IMG/VR virus record: IMGVR_UViG_3300014775_002125
Coordinates: 66,965-130,964 of that record
Origin: a virus
Direction: 5' to 3' (one strand)
DNA: 64,000 nt
Made by a program: the position numbers and the translations under genes. Positions 1 to 9,224 of the stretch are shown piece after piece (the first letter of the stretch is position 1; the number at the start of each line of letters is the position of its first letter). Under the pieces are notes generated by a model. That model saw only the letters and a program-made list of their open reading frames with translations, did not search any database and had not been told where the DNA came from.

Positions 1-9
1 TATGATTAC

Positions 10-273
10 TTGATTCAACGTGGTGTCAAAAAAGAAAAAGTCAATGCTGTTCTGTCTTTTGCACACAAAACATTTAAAGATGTCAAAGAAAAATCCAAAA
101 ATGGAAAATTAAAGACAATGAGCAAAGACGATGAAACTTTCAAAAATAGTGAGATAAAAAAACCAAGTGGGACTGCTGGCTTCTTTAAAAATAGAACTCT
201 AGAAGAGGACGAAGAAGTACAAGAGCAACTAAGAGAATACAAAGAGTTCTTAAAAAACTCTAAATTACTTTAA
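10..273 (+). CDS. Hypothetical protein, probably 5'-truncated by the window edge
   Basis: Lys/Glu-rich ORF at window start; no recognisable motif. Confidence 0.4.
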   Translation: MIQRGVKKEKVNAVLSFAHKTFKDVKEKSKNGKLKTMSKDDETFKNSEIKKPSGTAGFFKNRTLEEDEEVQEQLREYKEFLKNSKLL

Positions 274-296
274 AAAAACCTAAAGGACAAAGAAAC

Positions 297-698
297 ATGG
301 AAAGACATAACACAGAAGAAGTACTACAGGCGATTCAGCATTTCTTTCGGGATTATCCACACAAGGTAAACACGAAAGACCAAGAAAGACCAGTACTAAT
401 CGACCAGACAAAAATCGAAGGAGTTCACGCTAGAGTCCTTGGGAACGTCATGGATGTTACTTATAGCTACTACTGCCGCCTAGAAGACCTCAAAGACAAC
501 AACAAGGTCAAGCAGCTACCTTTAGTTATGGACAAGATTCTAAGTGCGCTAAAAAAAGACTTTAAGTCTCGCACAGGTCGCTCATTGGTTTTGAAGCCAC
601 TTGGAGATCCGCTAACAGGCGACGTCCAGTACTTGAATAACCAGCGAGGAATTGTGAAGATTGTTCAGACCTGCGAAATTAAGAACATGAAACTATGA
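297..698 (+). CDS. Hypothetical protein upstream of terminase
   Basis: AAGGA-like RBS; ATGA overlap with the terminase start. Confidence 0.6.
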   Translation: MERHNTEEVLQAIQHFFRDYPHKVNTKDQERPVLIDQTKIEGVHARVLGNVMDVTYSYYCRLEDLKDNNKVKQLPLVMDKILSALKKDFKSRTGRSLVLKPLGDPLTGDVQYLNNQRGIVKIVQTCEIKNMKL

Positions 699-2320
699 GA
701 AAACGAAGTGCATATAACAACAAGAGAAGGCAAGAAGAGCTAATTAGATGTGGCTCGGATGTTGTTTATTTCTTGAAGAACTATGCAAAGATTGTAACTC
801 TCAGCGGTGGTACTGTAGACTTCAATCTGTTCCCTTTTCAGGAAGAACTGTTAGATATTTTCCAGCGGAAGAACCGAACAGTTATCCTGAAGGCAAGGCA
901 GATGGGGATTTCTACAGTCACCGCTGGATATGTTACATGGAAGATCATCTTTGAGGCTAACCAGAGTGTTGTCATTGTAGCGACCGACAGGGAGACTGCA
1001 AGAGAACTGATGGATAAAGTCAAGAAGATTCTATTAGAGCTTCCTGATTGGCTTAAAGATGTTCTAGATATTCGTAAGTGGGTTAAGAACAACGACCGAG
1101 AGATTGTTCTGAGAAACGAGTCAAAGATTGTAGCCGCTGCGAAGGGTGTTGATGCTGTTCGTGGTAAGGCTATTAATCTACTTGTTATTGACGAAGCTGC
1201 CTTTATTGCTAACTCGGATAAGGTCTGGACAACCGCTCAACCTACTCTTTCTACTGGTGGGGATTGTATCGTACTGTCAACTCCTAATGGTGTCGGTGGT
1301 TGGTTCTATGACACTTATCAGGGAGCAGCTTTAGGCCCACAACACCCTGATGGTAACAACTTTGAGCCTTATGAGTTGTTATGGGACAAGCACCCGGATC
1401 GCGATGAGTCTTGGTACGATGAGACTATGAAATCGCTAAACAATGACACTAAGAAGTTTGCTCAGGAATTTGGATGTTCCTTTGAGGCTTCTGGTGACAC
1501 TGTTATAGCCGGAGAGATCATCAAGAGTATTAAGAATGAGACTGTAGTGCCACCCATGGCTAAGAGAGGGTTTGACGGTAACTTTTGGGTCTGGAAGGAT
1601 TACGATGTCAGGAAAGATTATCTAATTGTTGCTGATGTTGCTCGTGGTGATGGTGAGGATTTTTCAGCGGCATGGGTAGTAGATTTAAGTAACTTTGAGC
1701 AGGTTGCAAGTTACAAAGGGCAGGTAGGTACTGATGGCTTTGCTGATTTCTTAGAGCAGATAGGTTATGAGTACGGTGAGTGTCCATTGGTTGTTGAAAA
1801 TACTGGTATTGGATTTGCAGTGATTCAAGACTTGCGTAAAAAAGGCTACCCAAACCTCTGGTATACTGAAAAAGGTTCACATAAACGAGTAGAGTCTTGG
1901 AAAGCTGAGAGAATGGTTAATGGTCGCAGTGAGGTTAAAGCTGGGATTGTTGCAGGTATTACAGCTTCCGTTAAGACCCGTCCAATTTTCGTAGACAAAC
2001 TTATTCAATATCTCAATGGCAGAAAAGTTACTATTAGGGACATGAGGGTCGTTGAGGAATTACAGACTTATATATGGCTCAGAGGAAAACCATCAGCCCA
2101 GAAAGGAAAAAACGACGACCTTGTTAGCTCTTTAAGTATTTTGTGTTGGATTCTTGACGAAAACTTTAAGGTTAATGAGAGTAGTGTTGATACCTATATA
2201 GGGATGCTAAAGGGGATTAAAAAAACAAAACCCACCAAAGTTGTCAGGTCCCAGAAGCAACTTGAAAAAACTGACAGTGAAAAAAGAAACTTCTCATATT
2301 TGGGTATTTACAGAGGCTAG
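695..2320 (+). CDS. terL: Terminase large subunit (T4 gp17-like)
   Basis: Walker A-like LKARQMGIST, Walker B LLVIDEAAF, coupling motif STPNG, RNase H-type nuclease ADVARGDGEDFS and NDDLV. Confidence 0.95.
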   Translation: MRKRSAYNNKRRQEELIRCGSDVVYFLKNYAKIVTLSGGTVDFNLFPFQEELLDIFQRKNRTVILKARQMGISTVTAGYVTWKIIFEANQSVVIVATDRETARELMDKVKKILLELPDWLKDVLDIRKWVKNNDREIVLRNESKIVAAAKGVDAVRGKAINLLVIDEAAFIANSDKVWTTAQPTLSTGGDCIVLSTPNGVGGWFYDTYQGAALGPQHPDGNNFEPYELLWDKHPDRDESWYDETMKSLNNDTKKFAQEFGCSFEASGDTVIAGEIIKSIKNETVVPPMAKRGFDGNFWVWKDYDVRKDYLIVADVARGDGEDFSAAWVVDLSNFEQVASYKGQVGTDGFADFLEQIGYEYGECPLVVENTGIGFAVIQDLRKKGYPNLWYTEKGSHKRVESWKAERMVNGRSEVKAGIVAGITASVKTRPIFVDKLIQYLNGRKVTIRDMRVVEELQTYIWLRGKPSAQKGKNDDLVSSLSILCWILDENFKVNESSVDTYIGMLKGIKKTKPTKVVRSQKQLEKTDSEKRNFSYLGIYRG

Positions 2321-2324
2321 ATGA

Positions 2325-4358
2325 ATGAATGAACCTATCTCAACTACAGACAAGATTTATCAGCAGCTTACTAGATTGTTTTCTGGTGGGCTGAATCTGT
2401 TAAATCGCCAAGGATACCACAACCAGCGAAGACAAGATCTAGATAAATACAGGAAAAAATATAAAGCAACAGACGGAAAACAGTACAAGTCTTATCGCTC
2501 TCCTATCTCTAAGCAGTGGCTAAACTATCAGCGGGAACAAGACAGGGCTGCTAGATACGGTGATTTTGATCGTATGGACTTCTACCCAGAAATCCATAAG
2601 GCACTGGACATCTATGCTGGGGAAATGACCACTGCTACGAGACTCAAACCTATCCTAGAGATTCGCTGTCAAAACGAAGAGATTAAATCAGCACTACACG
2701 ACCTTTTCTTTAACATTCTCAGCCTCGAACATAACCTATTTCCTTGGTGTCGTACTATGTGTAAATATGGGGACTTCATGGGTTACATTGAGACTGATCT
2801 AGATCTTGGAGTCACTGGCCTTATCCAGCTTCCTAACAGAGAAGTCGAGAGAATGGAAGGTGAGGACGAAAGCAATAGTAACTACGTACAGTATCAGTGG
2901 AATGGTGGCGGGTTAACCCTAGAGAAGTGGCAGGTGTTACATTTTCGGAACCTAGCCAGTGACAAACACTCTCCTTATGGGACCAGTGTGCTTGATGGTG
3001 TTCGTCAGATCTTTCGGCAGTTAGTCTTGCTCGAAGAAGCTATGATGACTTACAGGGTTGTTCGTTCCCCTGAGCGTCGTCTGTTTAAGATTGATGTAGG
3101 CAACATTCCTGATGACCAGATTGAACAGTACATGGAAGAGGTCATCACAAGCCTAAAGCGCAACCAGATCATTGATAGTGACACTGGACGGGTTGACCTA
3201 CGTTACAACCCACTAAGCGCAGAAGAAGATATCTATTTGCCCACCAGAGAAGGTTCACAGACTGAAGTTACAACCCTAGAGGGCGGTCAGTTTACTGGTG
3301 TTACAGATGATGTTGAGTACATTCTTGGCAAGCTAATGATGGGTATTGGGATTCCCGGAGCTTACCTACAACAAAAACAAGAGCTAGGTACTGATAAAGT
3401 TGCTCTGACTCAGAAAGATATTGAGTTTGCAAAGCACATTCAGAGACTACAGAGGCCAATCATTGAAGGTTTAAAAAACATTGCAATTACCCACTTGTAC
3501 ATTCTAGGCTATGAGGGCGAGGACCTAACGAACTTTGAGCTTTATCTTAATAACCCCTCAAAGATTGCTGAACTACAAGAGCTAGAGCACCTACGAACAA
3601 AGATGGATGTTGCTTCTAGTGCTTCTGATGCTCTTTTTCCCAAGAAGTGGATCTACAGGAACATCTTTGGGATGGCTGAAGAGGAAATTATCAGACATAC
3701 TCTTGGTAGATTCCATGACCGTAAAGTTGACCTTGCTCTAGAAGCTATTGATGGTGAAGGAGAAGACCTAGAAAGCATGGGTGCTGACAGTTTAGGTATG
3801 GGCGGTGACTTAGGTGGAGGAATGGGTGATGCTGGTGGTGATTTAGGAGATTTAGGAGATCTAGGTGACATTGCTGGCGGTGAAGAAGGTGGAGAGCCTA
3901 TGGACACTGGTGATGCTGGTGGTGATGCTGGTGGTGATACTGGTGGTGATACTGGTGGTGGCGACGAAGGAGGTCTCTTAGTCACTCCCGGTAAACGCCT
4001 TGAAAGGAAAGACTACAAATACACCAGAAAAGACGGGATGACAACGACCACTAAATCAAAGGGTAAATTCTATAAGCCAGTAGGAAAAGGTCAAGACAAA
4101 AGACAACACCTAATTCCTCAGAGAAAAGCTAACAAGCAATCTTACGGACACTATGCTTATGTAAGTCCGTCAAGAACCAACGTAATGAACTCTCTCCCAA
4201 GCGTTAAACATTCTCTACAAGGTGTTAAACCAGAGGGTGCCCTAAAAATAAGCATCAAAGAACAGGTTGAGAACTCTATTTATAACGAAGAAATTTTAAA
4301 AGAAAACCTTGAACTTGATGAGTTCCTTAAAGAAATTGAGAGAGTGATTGAAAAATGA
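2325..4358 (+). CDS. Portal protein (T4 gp20-like) with long Gly/Asp-rich C-terminal extension
   Basis: PYGTSVLD, YRVVRSPERRLFKIDVGNIP, TLEGGQ and DIEFAKHIQRLQ are gp20-type motifs; follows terminase. Confidence 0.92.
   Translation: MNEPISTTDKIYQQLTRLFSGGLNLLNRQGYHNQRRQDLDKYRKKYKATDGKQYKSYRSPISKQWLNYQREQDRAARYGDFDRMDFYPEIHKALDIYAGEMTTATRLKPILEIRCQNEEIKSALHDLFFNILSLEHNLFPWCRTMCKYGDFMGYIETDLDLGVTGLIQLPNREVERMEGEDESNSNYVQYQWNGGGLTLEKWQVLHFRNLASDKHSPYGTSVLDGVRQIFRQLVLLEEAMMTYRVVRSPERRLFKIDVGNIPDDQIEQYMEEVITSLKRNQIIDSDTGRVDLRYNPLSAEEDIYLPTREGSQTEVTTLEGGQFTGVTDDVEYILGKLMMGIGIPGAYLQQKQELGTDKVALTQKDIEFAKHIQRLQRPIIEGLKNIAITHLYILGYEGEDLTNFELYLNNPSKIAELQELEHLRTKMDVASSASDALFPKKWIYRNIFGMAEEEIIRHTLGRFHDRKVDLALEAIDGEGEDLESMGADSLGMGGDLGGGMGDAGGDLGDLGDLGDIAGGEEGGEPMDTGDAGGDAGGDTGGDTGGGDEGGLLVTPGKRLERKDYKYTRKDGMTTTTKSKGKFYKPVGKGQDKRQHLIPQRKANKQSYGHYAYVSPSRTNVMNSLPSVKHSLQGVKPEGALKISIKEQVENSIYNEEILKENLELDEFLKEIERVIEK
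3909..3956 (+). repeat. 12-bp tandem repeat GGTGAT(G/A)CTGGT x4 in the portal extension
   Basis: Read directly; encodes GDAG/GDTG repeats. Confidence 0.85.
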
Positions 4359-5116
4359 GTAAAAAGAGAAACACATACTTCCTTCATAAAATCCTAGTAG
4401 AAGAAATCACTAGGCAGATGGTCTCTAAGGGTGCTCCAGAGGTTATCGAAGAGTTATACAAAGAAAGCTTCAAGAAAGGCTCAGAGGTCGCCAAGGAGCT
4501 TTCTCTACTCAAAGAATACTACCAATACACTGCAAAGACACCAGAAGAGTCTTATAGATTCCTTGTAGAGTTCAAAAAAGAATACAATGAACTAAACAAA
4601 GAGAAGATTTACAAAGAACAGACAGAGATCATCAAGAAAATTAACAAAATCGATCAGTCTATTTTCAGTAACTTTCTCAAGGAATACAGAGTGATTAATA
4701 GTCTCAATAGATTCCTTAACGACAAACTAAAGATTTCTGAGAGATTAAAAACTGAAAACATGCTGATGGAAGGTCTGTTAGAAGGCAAGAAGTCAAAGAA
4801 ACTAGAGAAAATTGAGAGCATTGAGGCCAAAAAGAATGAAGAAGAGTTTGTGGGAAAGTACAGTGAACTCGACGAATCTGTAAGTTGGGTTGTCTCAGAG
4901 CTTATTAAATGCCAAACACTTTCAGAGACTTCCCACTTTTTCGGTGAACTTTCTCAGAAAACTATCCAGATCATTGAGTCCAAAAAAGACCACTGTGAAG
5001 GAGAATCAAGGGAAGTTTTAGAACAAGCCCTAGTATACATCAAAGAAAACAACAAGTACTCAGAAGAAAACCTACAAAACGTTATTAGTATCTACGAGAA
5101 CTGTGTGTCACTATGA
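4355..5116 (+). CDS. Hypothetical head-module protein (helical)
   Basis: ATGA overlaps on both sides; Lys/Glu-rich. Confidence 0.65.
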   Translation: MSKKRNTYFLHKILVEEITRQMVSKGAPEVIEELYKESFKKGSEVAKELSLLKEYYQYTAKTPEESYRFLVEFKKEYNELNKEKIYKEQTEIIKKINKIDQSIFSNFLKEYRVINSLNRFLNDKLKISERLKTENMLMEGLLEGKKSKKLEKIESIEAKKNEEEFVGKYSELDESVSWVVSELIKCQTLSETSHFFGELSQKTIQIIESKKDHCEGESREVLEQALVYIKENNKYSEENLQNVISIYENCVSL

Positions 5117-6495
5117 AAATTAAATTCTTACAAAAACAAAAAGTAGTCCTTGATATTAATAAGACCATCAGCGGTAACATTATCATCAATGACAGCCCAG
5201 ACTACGAGATCATGATTAACCCCAAGAACCGTAAGATTATCACGTTTCCCAAGGGTACTTTTAGTGATGGCAATGAGAACGATCAACTAGCGTTCTTTAA
5301 CTTTCTCAGAAGGCAGTCAGCAATTAAACATGATAGCGTACAAGGTGGTTATGTTTTTGGGTCTTATGATGCTCTATATCCTGAAGGTGAAGAAGAAAAC
5401 TCATTGAACTACCTGCTTTATTGTATCTCTGAGTTCTTTAAGGTCAAGCTACCAGAACTCAAAAAGAAACAAGACTACCTAGAGAAACGCAAGCAGTTTA
5501 TCTATGAGCCAGACGATGAGAACTCTACAGACCTTGGAGATGTACCTCACGAAGAACGAAAAGGTTCTATCCATCACGACCTACGACAAAACTACTCTTA
5601 CAGCTACTTTTTATATGAGGGCAAAGAGAGTGGTGCTAAAATCAAGGTTGGCCACAAAGACTTGCAGCGAATTATCCGAGAAGAGTACGAAAAAGCTAAA
5701 AAAATGGGATTAACTCTTAAGGCTGTTAGCAACCAAGAGAAGAAGATTGACAAAGAAACACTGCACAAAATTATCAAAGAAGAATATAAAGAAGCTAAAA
5801 GACTTGGTTGGACTTTGAATACGAATATTCTTTTAGAAGCATATATCGACGGTAAGGACGATAACGAAAGATTTGCAATGATGAGGAGTCTAGCCGACGA
5901 ACCTAAAAAAGGCTACAATATCATAAAAGCCTATAGAATGATCGAATTTTTTGATGATGATAATTTTTATGATTTGGCATTTGAATATTTTAAAAAGCAC
6001 TTTGGAGCAGTCGGTTATACAATCGCAAATTATGTAATCTCTCCCTCTCCTTTCGCACCATCTCTGAAAGGGAAAGACCTAACAGGTTACGATCTTTCAG
6101 GACTGCCCTTAAAGAAAGTCGATTTTACTAGAGCCAACTTGAGCAATGCAAAATTAAAGGGAACTGAGTTGGTTGCAGCAAATTTAAGTAAAGCTAACTT
6201 GAGTGGCGCAGACTTAAGTGGAGCTAACTTGCAATCGGTTAATGCGTCATATGCTGACTTTACCAATGCAATTTTAGATGATGCATACATGAAAACCCGA
6301 CCAGATTATCTAGAAGGGATTAAACTTACAGGTGCTAAATATAACGAGAAAACTATAATTGGCGGTAATAGATGGAGTCCAATTCAGATCGTGACACCCG
6401 AAAGCGATAGGGTAGCACAAGAGCGTGGAATGGTCAGTTCAAAAAAAAACCTCAATGAATACAAGCAAACTAAAAACCTTCATGGGATTAAATAA
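5113..6495 (+). CDS. Head-module protein with C-terminal pentapeptide-repeat domain
   Basis: ANLSNAKLKG, ANLSKANLSGADLSGANLQSVNASYADFTNAILDDA fit A(D/N)LXX repeats. Confidence 0.8.
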   Translation: MKIKFLQKQKVVLDINKTISGNIIINDSPDYEIMINPKNRKIITFPKGTFSDGNENDQLAFFNFLRRQSAIKHDSVQGGYVFGSYDALYPEGEEENSLNYLLYCISEFFKVKLPELKKKQDYLEKRKQFIYEPDDENSTDLGDVPHEERKGSIHHDLRQNYSYSYFLYEGKESGAKIKVGHKDLQRIIREEYEKAKKMGLTLKAVSNQEKKIDKETLHKIIKEEYKEAKRLGWTLNTNILLEAYIDGKDDNERFAMMRSLADEPKKGYNIIKAYRMIEFFDDDNFYDLAFEYFKKHFGAVGYTIANYVISPSPFAPSLKGKDLTGYDLSGLPLKKVDFTRANLSNAKLKGTELVAANLSKANLSGADLSGANLQSVNASYADFTNAILDDAYMKTRPDYLEGIKLTGAKYNEKTIIGGNRWSPIQIVTPESDRVAQERGMVSSKKNLNEYKQTKNLHGIK

Positions 6496-6509
6496 TAGGG
6501 AAAAGATAA

Positions 6510-7145
6510 ATGAATAAAATCCTACTAAGAGAATACTTTAACGGAGACCTGAAGATTACCCATGGAGGTGACGAGGGCTTAAATGAATCTCAAGGTATCG
6601 GCTCTAAGATCACACACTCTGAGAAAGGGATCTTCGTTGAGGGAATCATTCAGTGTGCTAACAAGCCTAATGGTAACAACAGAATCTATCCCCGTCAAAT
6701 CCTAGAAAGAGAAATGGACAGGTACAGCGAACTTGTCAAAACCAAAAGAGCTATGGGAGAGTTAGATCACCCCCAAGAACCCATCGTATCTCTAGGCAAT
6801 GTTAGTCATTTCCTTGTTGACTACTGGTGGCAGGGAGATCATGTGATGGGTAAGTTTAAGATTTGTGAACATACAGACGCAGGTAGGAACCTTAAGGGAC
6901 TATTTATGGAGGGTCTACAAGTTGCAGTATCCTCAAGGGCTCTCGGTTCACTTACAGAACGACATGGGAACCTGATTGTGGGGGACGACCTAGACCTTAA
7001 ATGTTTTGACATGGTACATCATCCATCAACTGACGAGGCTTATATGTTCCTATCTGAGAGCAAGCAATACGGCAGTTACTATGGAGTGGAGTCAAGTGCC
7101 AAGCAAATCTCAAACATCAAAAGAATCTTAAGGAACCGAAAATGA
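6510..7145 (+). CDS. Prohead core protease (T4 gp21-like)
   Basis: NGNNRIYP, AMGELDHP, VSH, VSSRALGS, FDMVHHPS. Confidence 0.93.
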   Translation: MNKILLREYFNGDLKITHGGDEGLNESQGIGSKITHSEKGIFVEGIIQCANKPNGNNRIYPRQILEREMDRYSELVKTKRAMGELDHPQEPIVSLGNVSHFLVDYWWQGDHVMGKFKICEHTDAGRNLKGLFMEGLQVAVSSRALGSLTERHGNLIVGDDLDLKCFDMVHHPSTDEAYMFLSESKQYGSYYGVESSAKQISNIKRILRNRK

Positions 7146-7486
7146 ACAAGAAATCAATCAAAGAACTACTTAAACCCATCATCAAAGAATGTCTCACTGA
7201 AGTACTGGTAGAGAATGGGATTAATCAGTCAGTGTCACAAATTACTGAAAGTCTTATGGAAAACTTTATGTCTGCCCCTAGAACACCTGCTAGAAACATG
7301 CAGCCTTCTACTGGACATAACTACAAAGAGCAAATGAACAGAGACTTTCAGAGAATGACTACAGACGCTTTTGGTGAAACTACACAACCTATTAAGAAGA
7401 GTCAACACACGAGTACTTATGGACCTCTATCTGGCATGGATGATGATGATGCTGGTGTTGATATCTCCATGTTCTTCGGGGAATAA
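7142..7486 (+). CDS. Hypothetical head-associated protein
   Basis: Between protease and scaffold; IIKE/LTE/ITE motifs. Confidence 0.55.
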   Translation: MNKKSIKELLKPIIKECLTEVLVENGINQSVSQITESLMENFMSAPRTPARNMQPSTGHNYKEQMNRDFQRMTTDAFGETTQPIKKSQHTSTYGPLSGMDDDDAGVDISMFFGE

Positions 7487-7491
7487 TAACT

Positions 7492-7884
7492 ATGAGTAAC
7501 CTAAATAAGGGCGTTGGACTACACCACGTTCCATCTTTTCAAACTTCTGGATACCCTTGGATTACTGGGTCTAGCCTTTCTGCCGCTGAGTTAAAAATTG
7601 AGTTTCCTTCAGTTGCTAGAGAATTCACTGTTATCAAGAACGACAGTCACCACACTTTAAGAATCCACTTCAACAGTACCGCAAGCGCCAATACGATCTC
7701 AGGCTTGCATTACATTGAACTCGTAAACACTGGAGATTCTTATAGTTTTCGCTGTAAGGTTCAGGATTTATGGCTATCGAACCCCCACTCAGGGTCTGCG
7801 ACGGCGTTCACAGTTGCAGCAGAGTTAACAAACATTCCACGGTCATCTAGGTTTATCTTAACAGGTTCCGGTATTGACGAGTAG
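7492..7884 (+). CDS. Putative virion structural (decoration-like) beta-rich protein
   Basis: Ser/Thr/Gly-rich; inside head module. Confidence 0.4.
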   Translation: MSNLNKGVGLHHVPSFQTSGYPWITGSSLSAAELKIEFPSVAREFTVIKNDSHHTLRIHFNSTASANTISGLHYIELVNTGDSYSFRCKVQDLWLSNPHSGSATAFTVAAELTNIPRSSRFILTGSGIDE

Positions 7885-7964
7885 TAATCTATTGTTTTTT
7901 GTTAATATTTCCCTGTGAAACGGATTTTGGTGCGATACTTATAAAAGATGACTAGGAGTTTGAT

Positions 7965-9203
7965 ATGCACAATAAACTAGAAAATATTGTCAAAGAAGTA
8001 AAACAACTCAAAGAAAGCCTTGTTCGAGAGACTGAAGAAGCTATCTTAGAGAAATATTCAGAGAACGTAGAGACTAAGCTTGACACTTTCCTGAAAGAAG
8101 AAGAAGAAGGAAAAGACCCTTTTGCGATTGACCCTATGGGAGAAGCTGAGGGAGATTCTAAGGATGGTGATGAGGACGCCGAAGAAGTTAAAGATGAACT
8201 AAGTCTGAAGAAACCAGAAGTTGAAGCAGATGTCGAAGTTGAAGTTGAAGTCGAAGGTGGCGCTGAGGAAGTAGAGGTAACTCTGAATCTTGAAAGTCTT
8301 CAGGAAGAAGTTCGAAAAGTTATCGGTATGTCTCCAATGATTGGTGGTCTGCCCGAAGATAGTGGAGATTCGAATTTCAACGCAACCATCAATAAGCGTG
8401 ATGAATCTGCTGGGACGGATGTCACTGTTCGGGGAGATAACTTGAGCATGGAAGAACTCGCAGCATTCCTTAGTGAGTTTGACGATGAAGGTCAACCCCT
8501 AGAGACCCCAGAACACCCTGTAGAGGAAGCTAGTTGTGGTAGTCATGAGAAACTAGAAGAAGAAGGGGAGTATAATCTAGAGGAAGCAGAGCTTAGAGAG
8601 TTCTTTCAGAAGCTAGTCGGTGAGGGAGAGCATGAAGAAGAGCTAGAAGAAGAGCTAGCATTCGATCATGAAACTGCTCCTCCGGGAATGACTGACCCAT
8701 ACACCAATAAAAGCGTCAAAGAGCAAAGAGACTTAGAAGACGTGAAAAAAACTCTTCGCGCTTTAAGTGAAAGATACAATAAAAACAAAGAAAAAGCAAT
8801 TAAATTAGAAGAACAGCTTGATACTTATAAAGATATTTTAAAGCAACTAAAAGAAAGTTGCGAGAAGCTAAACACTTCTAACACAAAACTAAAATACCAA
8901 CTGGAAACGTACAAAGATAGCACTCTAAATACTCGCCAAAAACGGATTATGGCAGACAAGATTGCAATGTGCGAATCCATTGACCACGCAAAGTTAGTTT
9001 ATGAAACACTAACAGAGGCGGTCAAGACTAGATCATACAAGAAACCTCTACCCGAAGACCTGCGTGAGGCTATGAATGGGAAAGGAAGTTATCTAGTCAT
9101 GAAAGAGTCCATCCATAAAGCAGAGCCCGAAGAGGCAACAAGTGTAGGACTCATTAATGAAGCGTTCCGAGAAAGAATGAAAAAGAACGCTGGATTACTT
9201 TAA
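7965..9203 (+). CDS. Prohead scaffold protein (gp22-like)
   Basis: Very acidic with coiled coil and many LxE sites; directly upstream of the capsid gene. Confidence 0.75.
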   Translation: MHNKLENIVKEVKQLKESLVRETEEAILEKYSENVETKLDTFLKEEEEGKDPFAIDPMGEAEGDSKDGDEDAEEVKDELSLKKPEVEADVEVEVEVEGGAEEVEVTLNLESLQEEVRKVIGMSPMIGGLPEDSGDSNFNATINKRDESAGTDVTVRGDNLSMEELAAFLSEFDDEGQPLETPEHPVEEASCGSHEKLEEEGEYNLEEAELREFFQKLVGEGEHEEELEEELAFDHETAPPGMTDPYTNKSVKEQRDLEDVKKTLRALSERYNKNKEKAIKLEEQLDTYKDILKQLKESCEKLNTSNTKLKYQLETYKDSTLNTRQKRIMADKIAMCESIDHAKLVYETLTEAVKTRSYKKPLPEDLREAMNGKGSYLVMKESIHKAEPEEATSVGLINEAFRERMKKNAGLL

Positions 9204-9224
9204 AACAAAACAAAGGAGATAACC

